This document shows, one piece after another, positions 12,305-24,299 of a DNA stretch of 64,000 nucleotides (the first letter of the stretch is position 1; the number at the start of each line of letters is the position of its first letter). The position numbers were made by a program, and so were the translations under genes. The notes beneath the pieces are model-generated. The model saw nothing but the letters and a program-made list of their open reading frames with translations. It did no database searches and was not told the DNA's origin. The stretch is from Eledone cirrhosa (Eukaryota), in NCBI GenBank assembly GCA_964016885.1, contig OZ024742.1:277078001-277142000 (forward strand), given 5' to 3'.

Positions 12305-13059
12305 TATACATATATAGACACACACATATATATACACACATATATAAATCACACACACACACACATATATATATACATACGCACATATATGAATATGTAT
12401 ATATATCATCATCATCACTGTTTAACATCCATTTTCCATGCACACATATCTCTCTACATGCATACATACATATACCTACACACATACACTCATATATATT
12501 ATATGTATTAATATATATATCAACATCATGTAACGTCTATCTTCCATGCTAGCATGGGTTAGATAGGTTTGTCACATTTATAGACAAGTTAGGCCAGGTG
12601 ACCATGTCTTGCTCATATAGGGCTGTTTCTGGCTGGTTTTCAACGGCTGGATGCCCTTCCTAGTGCCAACTACATTTAGTGTGTACTGGGTGCTTTTTGG
12701 TGTGTCTTTTACACGACCACTTTACAGTATGGGCTGGATGTTTTGTGGTAGCAACATATACACACACACACACCTATATATATGTGTGTGTAGGCATATG
12801 TATGCATGTATTCATTGGTTCATGTCTTGAGTACGAAGCATACAAGCCAGCAAATAGTAGCTTGGATTATCGGCGGGAAAATGTCACTTGCTGTGCAGTT
12901 AGTTACTATGGTGATATCTATGTGTCTTTCACACACAATCTCTCTCTCCTTGTATTTCTCTTACATTTTGTATGGGAAAAATAGTTTCGGTTTACAAACA
13001 TTTCGGCTGACGTCTGGCCTTCAAGAACGATTTAAGTTTGTGAACCAAGGATCCACTGG

Positions 13060-14343
13060 CAAAAACTAAATTCCTAGTAAGTAGAAAGGAAAACACGGCC
13101 CAGATCTCCTTAGGGAAATGGCCCTGCTTAGTGTGCACAAAAGCAGTAGGTAGAAATTCCATTCTATGTCCCAAATCCAAGCAACAGCTACAGAAGAGAT
13201 ATACTGGGATCTCAGGCAGGCTAACAAAGAATGTAGGTTTTTACATGTGGCTGGTGCACAGGGGCAGTAAGTAGCAAGAGCCTTCAGGATACAATCACAT
13301 TCAAATACTCAGAGGGCTCGGTAGAAGTGGTAGATAGTTTCTGTGACCTAGGTGACCAAATCAGCAGTGGGGGGAGGGTCTTTTGAAAGCACAGTAACCA
13401 GAGTGAGATTGGGCTGGAGAAAGTTTATGAAGCTACTACTACCACTGCTAACTACAAAAGGTTTTTCCTTCAAAATGAAAGGCAGACTGTATAATGTATG
13501 TATATCAAAAACAATGTTGCACAGCAGCGATACCTGTGCATTGTGTGCTGAGGACCTGCAAAGATTGGAAAGAAATGAAGCCTCCATGCTTCAATGGATG
13601 TGCAATAGCAATATACGTGAATGGCAATTTATAAACGAACTGCGTGAGAAATTAGGCATAAGAGGGGTCATGCAGGAGAGGAGATTGCGTTGGTATGGAC
13701 ATGTGATGCATAGGAAGGATGATAGATGTATAAAATGGTGCAGAGCACCCAAAGTTGATGGTAGCCATGGAGTGGGCAAGCCTAGGAAGACTTGGGATGA
13801 GATAATAAAAGCTGGCTTTGCACAATTACACCTCACCAAGGCAACACAGGACCGTAACCTCTGATGCTATGCAGTACTACAGAAGACCTGTCCTCCTATA
13901 TGCTCAAGCTGAGAACTATATCTAATAAGCAACACCTTCCTCTACCATCTCCTCTCCCTTGCTGTAACCTATTACCTCTATTACCTACATCCTCAATTTC
14001 CCCAAGCTTATTCCCCCATCCTCCCAAGTTCCCATCCCACACCATGAAGTAGTCCTTCTGGAGCCACGAAAAAAACGCCTAGTGCACACTGTAAAGTGGT
14101 CGTGTAGGCGACACAACCAGAAGTGCCCAGTCCATGCTGTAAAGTAGTCGTGTAGGTATCACTACAAAATCACCCAGCACACGTAAACGTGGATGGCATT
14201 AGGAAGGGTATCCAGCTGTAGAAAAGAAGCCAAAATCAGCCCTTTGAATGAAAAACAGTCTTTCGACCTGATCTCTCCCAAAGGGACAGCCTGTCTTACC
14301 CATGCCAGCATTGAAAATGGACATTAAACGATGATGATGATGA
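13060..14343 (+). mobile_element. Degenerate 5'-truncated RTE LINE
   Basis: ORF 13352-13864 encodes the RTE C-terminus, with a degraded Cys-rich segment upstream and 3'UTR plus (ATG)n downstream. Confidence 0.85.
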
Positions 14344-14748
14344 TATATATATATATATATTACAGTCAACTTCATAATGGTGTGCATGTAATGTAGGGAG
14401 ACCATTACTCAGTTATAAAGACAAACTGAGGTACAATCTTATATTTGTGAATATATATCTCACTTCTTTGAAGCCGTAGCTCCTGACCATGGAATATAGA
14501 GAACTGTCTGCCATAAAAATATAGAACTATGAAAAATCTGGTCTAGTCAATCTTTTTAATCTAAGATCTAACACCAAGATCCAATCAAATATTCCATTCT
14601 GTTCTGCTCAAAATCCTGTCATCTGCACTAAATGCGGCCTGATGTGTAAATCAGCAGCTGGGTTAAAGTGCCATTTAAGGCATAACCATAAAAAATAGAA
14701 CTGAGAAGACTGTTGAATCTTCATACATATACAATGGGAGAGTCCATC

Positions 14749-14791
<43 letters not shown>

Positions 14792-15059
14792 GTAGAGATT
14801 GTAACGTCAAGTTACTGTAGGTTCACCAAAGTGAGCACTCAATGCATAGTCTCAAATAGGTATTTTGGTGTTGTACTAAGCAGAGTGTAATAATAATAAT
14901 AATAAAATGGATGAGGTATTAAATTTTCATTACATTTATTGAGGTGTGACATTTCGTGATTGATCAGCTCAAGGTTCAATCTGTATCTATCGGGTCCAAC
15001 TCTGGAATCAAAAGCTCATTGGATTTCTGTTATGGTAATGACATATATATATAGATATG

Positions 15060-15665
15060 GAGGCTGCCAACTTGTTTTCGAGTACGGCCACTACTTTATA
15101 TCCATGTAGGAGAACTCCTACCGATGCGCTGAACGAGTGTGACTTTTTAGTCCAGCCAGTGACTTGAAAACTCTGGTACAAACACTACACTTTTATGACA
15201 ATTATTGACATAGTGCTAGGCCCATGGTACCATGTGACGACAAGTGCCAAGAGATCTCCAGATATAAAGCAATGCCTGTGCCGTGAAGCTTTTATAGTGA
15301 GCAAAGGCACTGCACAAAGCCAGTCCCACTCTCTTAACCAAGATGATATTTACCAAAAAGAAGAACAAGTCAACATCATTGGATACCATCAGAGTTGCAG
15401 GTGTTATATCAGAGTTTTCCTTCTCCTAGAATTCTGCCTTGATAAAGGCTAAGGGGTCATCTCTCCCGGTGATTTTGGATGGCCATTGACTCTTAAGAGC
15501 ACCTTTGTCTTTGACAGGTTTTGTTTTTAGTCCTGCAGGATGTCCAAAGTCACCCTCCTCACCAAGAAACCTTGGTGGGGTTGCCAGTTTAGTCGCCAAC
15601 GATGCGACCATGAGACGGGTTGTACTGGGATACATGTTACCAGTAGCACCAACTGGTGACCTGAC
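15060..15665 (-). mobile_element. ~600-bp non-autonomous RTE/BovB-related retroposon (copy 2, most complete)
   Basis: Reverse-complement match to 4475-5062; flanked by TA-rich tracts. Confidence 0.65.
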
Positions 15666-18470
15666 ATATATAGATATACATATATATAGATATACATATA
15701 TATAAAGAGCTAAAATATATTTCAGTGTATATACATGGACATAGCTAATTGCATTTATATAGCTGAAAACTAACTGCAAATATACATATGCTTGTGTATG
15801 TGTGTGATAGCTGAAATCATTGCTATACATTGCTAAATGCATATGCATGTATGTGTGTGTGTTGTGCATATGCACACACAAGCAGTTCAATTCATGTATA
15901 TAGACAGAGAATCATCTGATATGCACCTACACCCACACAAATTTCATAATCTGAATCTTTTGCATATATCTTCATATTTTATTGGTAGCTGAAAGTAAAG
16001 TTGAAGAACTGCATGTCCAATTCAGCAATGTTTCTGTAATAACACTAAAACAAACAATGATTTTTTTTTGCTACAGGAATAACAGATAGGGGCATTACAA
16101 GGCCAAATTTCAAAACAGCGGTTGGGGGTGTGTGAGGGGGAATTCTAAACAGACTATGTTATGGATACAATACATGCAAGTGAACAAAACAAGGAATAAT
16201 AATGATATATATATGTTTTTCTTTTACTTGCCACATGACAATACAGAATCATCATAGCAGTTTTGGGGCCCCATTGGTTATACAGAAATAATAATAATAA
16301 TAATATGATGATGATAATGATGATGATGATAAACCACGAGCAAGAAAATAGTGGAGTTGGAGGTGTTGTAATAGTAGAATCCCCTGCAATCGATCAATAA
16401 ACATCTATTTGCGTGGGCGGCAAGACTATTTGGCAGGGACTTAGAGCATGTTAGCAGACTAATGTAATTTCGATATGCTAAATTGTTCTTTCTATTACTC
16501 AATTATTACTATTATTATAAAGAAAGGATTATCATTAGTGTATAATTATTTAAGCCAACAACGTCCATGTGAGATCCTGAGGACGCATATACCGATCAGT
16601 ACACAGTAGCAGTGAGGTTGCAAGTTTTAGAAAAGTGTATGTTGGGGTGGGGTGGCGAAAACCAGAAGATTAAGCACAACTATTATATTTAAAAAATAAT
16701 GAGGATATTTTTTCTTTGGTCTGGCTATTGGGTCTATATTTATAAGGGAGAAGGGAAATGGGACGTTATATTATTCATACTTTCCTCAAAAGCCATTCGC
16801 GACACAAACGAAGTTACGACTACAATAAAAAAAAACCGGGAAACGCAAGCACGTCTTCTGCGGAGCTTCCTCCTAATAGTGCTAGCTACAATATGATGTT
16901 GATGATCATACTAATAATAAATATTATCATCATTATTATGATTTCTCTCATTGGCACAATGTCATAAATTTAAAGAAGGAGGGCTAAGTGGATTGAAGAG
17001 ATTTCCAGTACTTGGCTGCTACTTATTTTAGCAAATCTAGAGGAATGAAATGTAAGGGGGTGTGAACTCAGAGCGGCGAAGCGACATATCTAAATAATTG
17101 TTTCTACTTTAGGCACAAGGCCAGCAAATACCCAGTGCATTACTGGTACTTTATTTTATCGACCCCGTAAGGATGAAAGGCAAAGTCATTAGTCAGGTGT
17201 TATACCATTCCATAAAAATAATTGTTTTTAGCATTGACATGCATACACAAATTTATAGTCGAATCCATCGACGAAGGTCCTTGATTAATTTAATTCACCC
17301 CTGGGTGTAAACTGACAACAACACTTCAGACCATAACTAGTGTAGTATTACAATTGATCCTGGAAAAATGAAAAGTAAAATCGACTCAGCAGAATTTGAA
17401 CTTTCAATGTAAAAGAATATTAAACTAAATATTGCAAGATAATTTACTCGACGTTCTATCCGCACTGCAACTCCAACGTTTCTGCTACTCTCTTAATTAT
17501 TTATTATTTTTGGTACAAGGTCGCAAATTTATACGAGGAATGGTGTTTTGTCGATTACTTCGACCTCAGTTCCTGACTGGTACTTATTTTATCGACTCTG
17601 GAAGCTTGCAAAGCAAAATCGCTACGATGCTATTTAAACTGAATCTGCATTCAGTAATATTTGCAATATTCTAAAATGTAGCTGGCAAATAAAAAAAAAA
17701 GCGTGGGTGGATGGCGAAAAAATATATTTGTGATTTTGAGTGCAGGCACATTACTGTTTAACACCAGGTCAGACCGAGCATCCTTGTGATCAAAGACTCC
17801 CCATACTGACCACTGTGTCTTAATAATGTATTCAATGTGTCCTTTTTAAAAAGACTAGATTGCAGTGCGTAGTTTAAGGAAGATTTGGCTGTTATTTCCA
17901 GCGGATCTAGTGATCTCATAGAGGCTTTCTTGACTCGTGGTTAAAAGCTGAATGAATCCTATGGTCAGGTGTGGTAGATGAAGTGTCCCTCGAGATGAGA
18001 GTAGTAGTTTCAATATTGCTTGCATATTTATGTAAATGACAGTTGGGTGATTAAATCAGCCAAGCTTTCACATATGACATAGGAGTTGAAAGAAAAGAAA
18101 ATATTACAATTTATGAGGATAGAAACACATGCACAACAATTGTTGCAAGATCGATGTCTCAACAAGTCATCCAGTCAATTCCTCCTTATTTCACTCATAT
18201 ATACAAACATATTTACACCACTGAATATTCGCCCACCTCATGATTCTAACCTATGATAATAGCTCGAACGTATAACCGGTTCCTTGAAATAAATGTTGCT
18301 CAATATAACGAGTATATACGGTTAAACTAAAAGGGTGGTTAGGAAATGCATAGCATCCACATATGCTCATCACTGTCCGTAAAAGTTCAGAGAGGGTGAA
18401 AGAACGAAAGAAAGAAAGAAAGTTGATCGGAAAGTTATATAATAAATATACACAGTAGAAAGGAACTCAC

Positions 18471-18526
18471 TTGGTGTATTCTTTCATTCCTTTTAGGAAC
18501 CAGACCCCATTTCGGTAGAGAGACAT
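18471..18526 (-). CDS. DHRS12: First coding exon of dehydrogenase/reductase SDR family member 12
   Basis: Translates MSLYRNGVWFLKGMKEYT(K), matching the DHRS12 N-terminus as I recall it (MSLYRSVVWFAKGLREYTK). Ends at a canonical donor AA|GTGAGT. I found no downstream exon in the window. Confidence 0.85.
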
Positions 18527-19690
18527 TTCTTCGACAAGAGTTGTCTAGAGAGAGAGAAGGGGAGAATCGAACAACTAGATGGAAAAGAGGTAAAGAGCTG
18601 GCCAGATACACAGTGGCTTCCGGAGTACACTATAGAGACTTGGGAGAGAGAGAGAGAAAGAGCAAGACCTGAGAGACAGAGAGAGAAAGGGAAACCTGAA
18701 GGTGAGGGGGAGAGATAGAGAAACCTGAAAGAGAGAGGAGGAGAGAAAGAGAAACCTGAAAGAGAGACAGAGTGGGGAAAGTATGAAAGACTAATAGTTA
18801 AGAGAGGTGTTAAAAAAAGAGAGCAAAGACTTGGGTGTCAATGTATGTGAGATGAACACAAACGAAGAGGGAGGAATTATCAATAGAATAAAAGAAATGG
18901 ATAGTGTAAGATATAATCTGATTGATAGAAATAAATAAAGACGAATATAGAGAGGAGATGTAAGAAAACTAATGAGGAGGGAAGAAATTATAGATATATT
19001 AAGAAAGGAGCGGTGACACTGAGTTGGATAGAGAGAAGTAAAGAAAGAGAGAAATTAAATGAGGGTGTGGACGAAAGAAACCCTGGTTGATACGTTTATG
19101 GATAAATGGTGATACAAATACATACTGAGAAACAGATAACGAGAGGAAAAGAGGAAAAAGTCGGAATAGGAAAATTATATAAGCTGCAATGAAATTAAGA
19201 GGAAGACAACAACAAATACCCACACACGTGTATGTGTGAAAGAATAGATAGAGAGAAAAAAAGAAATAGAGAAGTTACCAATTATATAAGAGAATATATT
19301 GAATGATGTTATATTGAATTGAAATATGTTAGAGCAAACTAATAAGAGACTTGATAGGAAACTAAATAGGGAAAATAGATAAAGAATAAGTGAAACTAGC
19401 GAAGGGTGGGCAGGAAAGAAAGAAAATAGGAATAACGAGAACTCGGGGAATTATATTTAGGTAAAGAATCATGATTAATAAGAAAACAAAAAGAACAAAA
19501 CAAAAAACAAACAGGACAAGTAAAATGCAGGAAAGACAAGAGGGAGATATGGCGATACAGTGATAGTTATAAGCGAGTAGAGAGAAATATGTGAGGTGGG
19601 GTGAGCTGAGACCAACAGGTAGTGAAGGAAAGACATAAACTAAGACAGACGAGAGGGGGGGGGGGTACAAAATAGAATAGAAGTTATTGG

Positions 19691-20048
19691 ATGTTACGAT
19701 ATTAAAGAAAATGTAAAAGAAGAGGTGAACAACCGAGCCAACACCAGAGCAAAAGACAGCAACGTCGCGAGGAGTACTGGGCAACTCTCTAATGGTTTTT
19801 GAGGCAAGCCAGCACACCTTTGCCTCGGGTGATGGCGAGGCTCATGCGCTGAAACAGCCAAGCGCCCTCGCGAGATTCGCCAGTTACCTCTATTAGGCGA
19901 GCCGCCAGTGAAGAGAGGAACCTCGCAATCAGCGGCCCAACTCCCCAAACGTCTAGAAAACCACAAGCTGAAAAATGTGTTGTCTTTTGCTATGGTGTTG
20001 GCTAGTTTGTTCACCCTTTCCTTTACATTTTCTTTAATATTGTAACAT
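19691..20048 (-). mobile_element. 3' fragment of CRE-like LINE with an inverted duplication of its 3'UTR
   Basis: 19720-19975 matches 49020-49280; 19978-20048 is an inverted copy of 19691-19763. Confidence 0.8.
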
Positions 20049-20058
20049 TAAAAGAATA

Positions 20059-20498
20059 GGCATACATGACTTTTAGCGGTCGCAATGATGAAAGTAAATT
20101 TATTTTCATTTTCGAACGTCGTGTTTACATTTTGTGTGTGTGTTTAAACGAAACATGCTGGCGACGAAGCTTCTTCTTTGCACGGCTCCATGTGTTCGCT
20201 ATGAGCTGTGTGTGCACATCAGGGTCCGCAGGATCTACAAAGTTCCGTTCGTGCACCACAACATCATGAACGTAAATCCCACCTTCAATTTCCTCAATTT
20301 CCGAATAGGAAGCCCAACCATCGGAGGTGATGCGGCTGCCTGGCAAAATCCCTGCTGAATGATGGGGACGAGAGTGTCACAGCTTCGATTTGGGACTTCT
20401 ACAAGGCAGCAGCGTCCAGAATGTCGGACTCACCATTCTGCAAGCCTCATTACAAGATTACTTCTGTATTAAGTACTCTTCTCTCAACCGTCAACCAC

Positions 20499-20537
<39 letters not shown>

Positions 20538-20700
20538 AATATATATATATATAATCAGTTAAAACGACAGAGGCTCTGATTTTGTCTTTAATCTCAGTAA
20601 CTAATTTAGATCTAAACAGACACACAAAATGTAAACACGACGTTCGAAAATGAAAATAAATTTACTTTCATTTTTCAGACCGTTAAAAGTCATGTATGCC
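20059..20700 (-). mobile_element. Internally deleted Merlin (IS1595/ISXO2-like) DNA transposon
   Basis: ~85-bp imperfect TIRs GGCATACATGAC...GTCATGTATGCC; 9-bp TSD aaaagaata (20050-20058, 20701-20709); transposase remnant PGSRITSDGWASY...HERNFVDP..VHTQLIANTW. Confidence 0.9.
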
Positions 20701-20868
20701 AAAAGAATATCTTTCTGAATGAATCGCGACCTATTTATAATGTTATCGAAGCATTTGTAATGTTATTTATGTATATATTTAAAACATATTTGTCATGTTA
20801 TTCTACTGTAAATTTATTTATATGCTCTATTTATATTTTCATTCTGAAAGAATTGAAAACGATTTGTA

Positions 20869-20970
20869 GTAATGTTATTTATACAACTATGAATAAAAGT
20901 TATTGGATTAGAAAGCTGTTTAGCTTTCTAATCCAATAACTTTTATTCATAGTTGTATAAATAACATTAC
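20869..20970. repeat. Perfect hairpin, 49-bp arms, 4-nt loop
   Basis: gtaatgttattt...gaaagct gttt agctttc...aaataacattac. Confidence 0.9.
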
Positions 20971-21123
20971 AAATGCTTCGATAACATTATAAAAAAAAAA
21001 ACACAACAACACAAAAAAAATACACATAGAGTATCAGATAGAAACATAAAACTATCGTATTGTTGAGAGCCCTGAGTGAAGAGTGAGATATTTGCACACA
21101 CGCATACACATATTTTATACATA

Positions 21124-21303
21124 CCGTGTATGCCGGCGTACAAGCTGACATGTGGAGCCAAAAAATATCTCTCCAAAACCAGGGGTCGACTTGTCTGCCG
21201 AATATAATATGTGGAAGTATGTGTGCTGCTTCACCTGAACTACACCTCAGAATTTTAAGTGTCTACCTATACGCCGGATCGACTTATACGCCGGCATATA
21301 TGG
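21124..21303. mobile_element. Tc1/mariner-pogo type MITE
   Basis: TIRs ccgtgtatgccggcgtacaag / cttatacgccggcatatatgg with TA on both sides. Confidence 0.75.
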
Positions 21304-21482
21304 TATGTAATGTATGTTTGTTAGTATTCGAGCTGTATCATCCCTCTACCTCAACTACAACGGTTACTGCTTCTCTAAACTTTCTGGCATAACACTACCC
21401 CTTCCCAAATAATAATAAAAAAATTAAATAAAAACTTGTTGCTCCCACTACTCCTACAATATTTTTTCTGAATCCTCCACAT

Positions 21483-21668
21483 CAGGGTTTCCCAAACTTT
21501 TTCAAACGTGAAACCCTTTTTGGTTCAGAAACTTTTGGGAAAATCTCAAAGTCTAATACTGTTATATGGTCGTAATATAAAGATACTCCTCTACCTTTTT
21601 TCATGGAACCCCAGACACTCCTTTGCAGAACTCTTGGATTCCATGGAACCCACTTTGGAAACCATTGC
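21483..21668. mobile_element. hAT (Charlie-like) MITE
   Basis: Ends cagggtttcccaaa ... tttggaaaccattg. Confidence 0.55.
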
Positions 21669-22409
21669 TCCACACTATACTTTCTCTAGAACTCCATCTC
21701 TGCCAAAAATATCCTCTTATCCACTAAGTTCCAACAATACAAACTAACGTCTACAACAGACCTATGACAGAACCTCTAATGTGTGGACATAGAAGATTTG
21801 GTGAAGATAAAAGTGGTCAAAAACTTTCCCAAGTCTGTTACTGGGAGGCAAAGAAAGCCATTGGCCAAAATTGCCTTATGAAAATTAGCTTTACAAGTCG
21901 ATATGTTCTAGGATCCAAAAGGTGTGCCCCTGTGCCAGAGCTGATGGATCTTTCGCAATAAATTGATTTTATCTTTTAGTCACACCAGAACTATTTTAAC
22001 AATGTATATAAAGCCAGAGCTCTCATCAAAATTTATCAAAGTTTCTCCACTTTAGTGATACCAAATATTTGTGTGTGTGTGTGTCTGTTGATATTTTTTA
22101 CTAACAATGAGAAATTTTAGTGTATCAACAGTCGATCGACTTTTGTCAAATCAGACCGATGAAACAATGTTTCTGTTGGTCTTCCTAATTGGTAATACTC
22201 TCTATCGGTCACAGCTCCAGGTAGAAGGAGCAACTTGAAATAAAGTGTCTTGCCCAAGAACACAACACATCACCCAGTCCGGGAATCGAACTAACCTCAC
22301 AATTGTGAATCCAATTCTCTAACCACTCAGCCACACGCTGGCACAAACATACATACATACATACATACATACATACATACATACATACATACATACATAC
22401 ATACATACA

Positions 22410-22872
22410 TGGTGGTGGCTGCCAACTCGTTTTCGAGTACGACCACTACTTTATATCCATGTAGGAGAACTCCTACCGATGCGCTGAACGAGTGTGACTT
22501 TTTAGTCCAGCCAGCGACTTGAAAACTCTGGTACAAACACTACACTTGTGACAATTATTGACACATAGTGCTGGGCCCATGGTACCATGTGACGACAAGT
22601 GCAGAAAGATCTCCAGATATAAAGCAATGCCTGTGCCGTGAAGCTTTTATAGTGAGCAAAGGCACTGCACAAAGCCAGTCCCACTCTCTTAACCAAGATG
22701 ATATTTACCAAAAAGAAGAACAAGTCAACATCATTGGATACCATCAGGGTTGTAGGTGTTATATCAGAGTTTTCCTTCTCCTAGAATTCTGCCTTGACAG
22801 AGGCTAAGGGGTCATCTCTCCCGGTGATTTTGGATGGCCATTGACTCTTAAGAGCTCCTTTGCCCTTTTGAC
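22410..22872 (-). mobile_element. Non-autonomous RTE/BovB-related retroposon (copy 3, truncated)
   Basis: Matches copies 1 and 2; abuts an (ACAT)n tract. Confidence 0.65.
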
Positions 22873-22884
22873 ATACATACATAG

Positions 22885-23350
22885 CGGGGGAAAACAACAA
22901 CCCAATCTAGCAACATTGTCATCAATGGTCTAACTGTTTCACCGATATCTGATGAGGACTGCTACAGATACCTGGGGATAGATGAGAACATATCCTATAA
23001 TGGTATCTGTAATAGAGAACGTGTAACCAGGGAATACTACACCCGATTAAGAAAGATCTGGTCATCGGAACTCTCTGCGCAAAATAAAACAGTGGCTCAC
23101 AATGTGTTTGCTGTGCTTGTCCTAACACCAACATTTGAAATACTCAATTGGACGATAGACGAAATCCGAGCAGTTGATGTTAGAACTCGAAAAATACTGA
23201 ACAACATCGGAAACTTCCACATCAACAGTGACATACACCGCCTTTACTTGAAACGTAAGCAGGGAGGCAGAGGCCTAACATCAGTCCAGACAACATTTGA
23301 ATGTTGTATCATATCTCTCCGACAACATCTACGAACCTCGAAGCACCAAA
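22885..23350 (+). mobile_element. R4/Dong-like non-LTR retrotransposon fragment
   Basis: AHNVFAV...NWTIDEIRAVDVRTRKIL...FHINSDIHRLYLKRKQGGRGL is the post-RT region typical of this clade. Confidence 0.7.
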
Positions 23351-23694
23351 TTTTATATACAATATTTTTTCTTTCTTTTCTTTTTTTTTCTTGTTTATAC
23401 AAGTTCTGAGAACTAAGACTCATCTATCCAAGGGCACCAAAATGCAGTTTGCTCAGGGCTCCAACAATCATAGGGTCAACTCTGAAAACTCATGAACAAG
23501 GCCAAAGCCAATTTAAATTTTCTATGTGGGAATCTTCTCATGTTGATATTATTGATATTATAATTCATGTTGAATTAGGAAAACAAGAAATACTAGACTG
23601 AAATATTGTGCCACGTGAATTTGACAATATATTTCACTGAGAGTAGCCTGGCACTTAGGGTCTAAACACAATGGAAATTTTTTTAGGAATTATA

Positions 23695-24020
23695 TAATAA
23701 TAATGAAATTATTGTGTACAGTGCTCAGGTGCACTACAATTCATCAAAGGTGCATGTATAGTACATAGAATAATGTACAAATGTCAGGAAAATGAACAGT
23801 GTACGAGTCATGAAATACATGTGTGTGTATGTGTGTATGGAGGGGGGGGGACATCAGGTGTAGTGTTGGCGAATCTCAGGAAGCATGGAGGTTTTAAAGG
23901 ATGCAATGTCTCGACAGCTAATAACTGATGCAGGTAGTTTGTTCCATCCTTCAGCAACTCTGAGTGTGAAAAAATGTTTCCAAAAGTCATGGGAGCTGTG
24001 CTGTTTTCTGACTTATGGAA
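23695..24020 (-). mobile_element. CR1-like LINE 3' end
   Basis: Matches 40953-41445; (TTA)n tail. Confidence 0.75.
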
Positions 24021-24299
24021 CTTATTGCATAATTTGATCCATTTCTGATGGTTCACTTGAAAGGATTTGGCAATCTTGGAAATGATAAGCAGTCATACTT
24101 ATCTAAGAAGTAGAAATTGTTCTGTTGATGGCAAAATGTTTTAAGAATCATATTGTGGCAGAACTCAAAACAGCCAAATATCATATTTGATGGCATATAT
24201 AATCCCTTGCTTCCTCCCAAATGGCAAACAAATATCATGTGTGTCTTATGTGCAAAGTTTGGGTATCTGGTAAGCTAATGTTTTTTTCTTAGTGATCCC

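Noticed and set aside
16760-16890. CpG-retaining patch as a second promoter or exon
   Set aside because: No recognisable coding similarity or splice pair; the evidence is insufficient.
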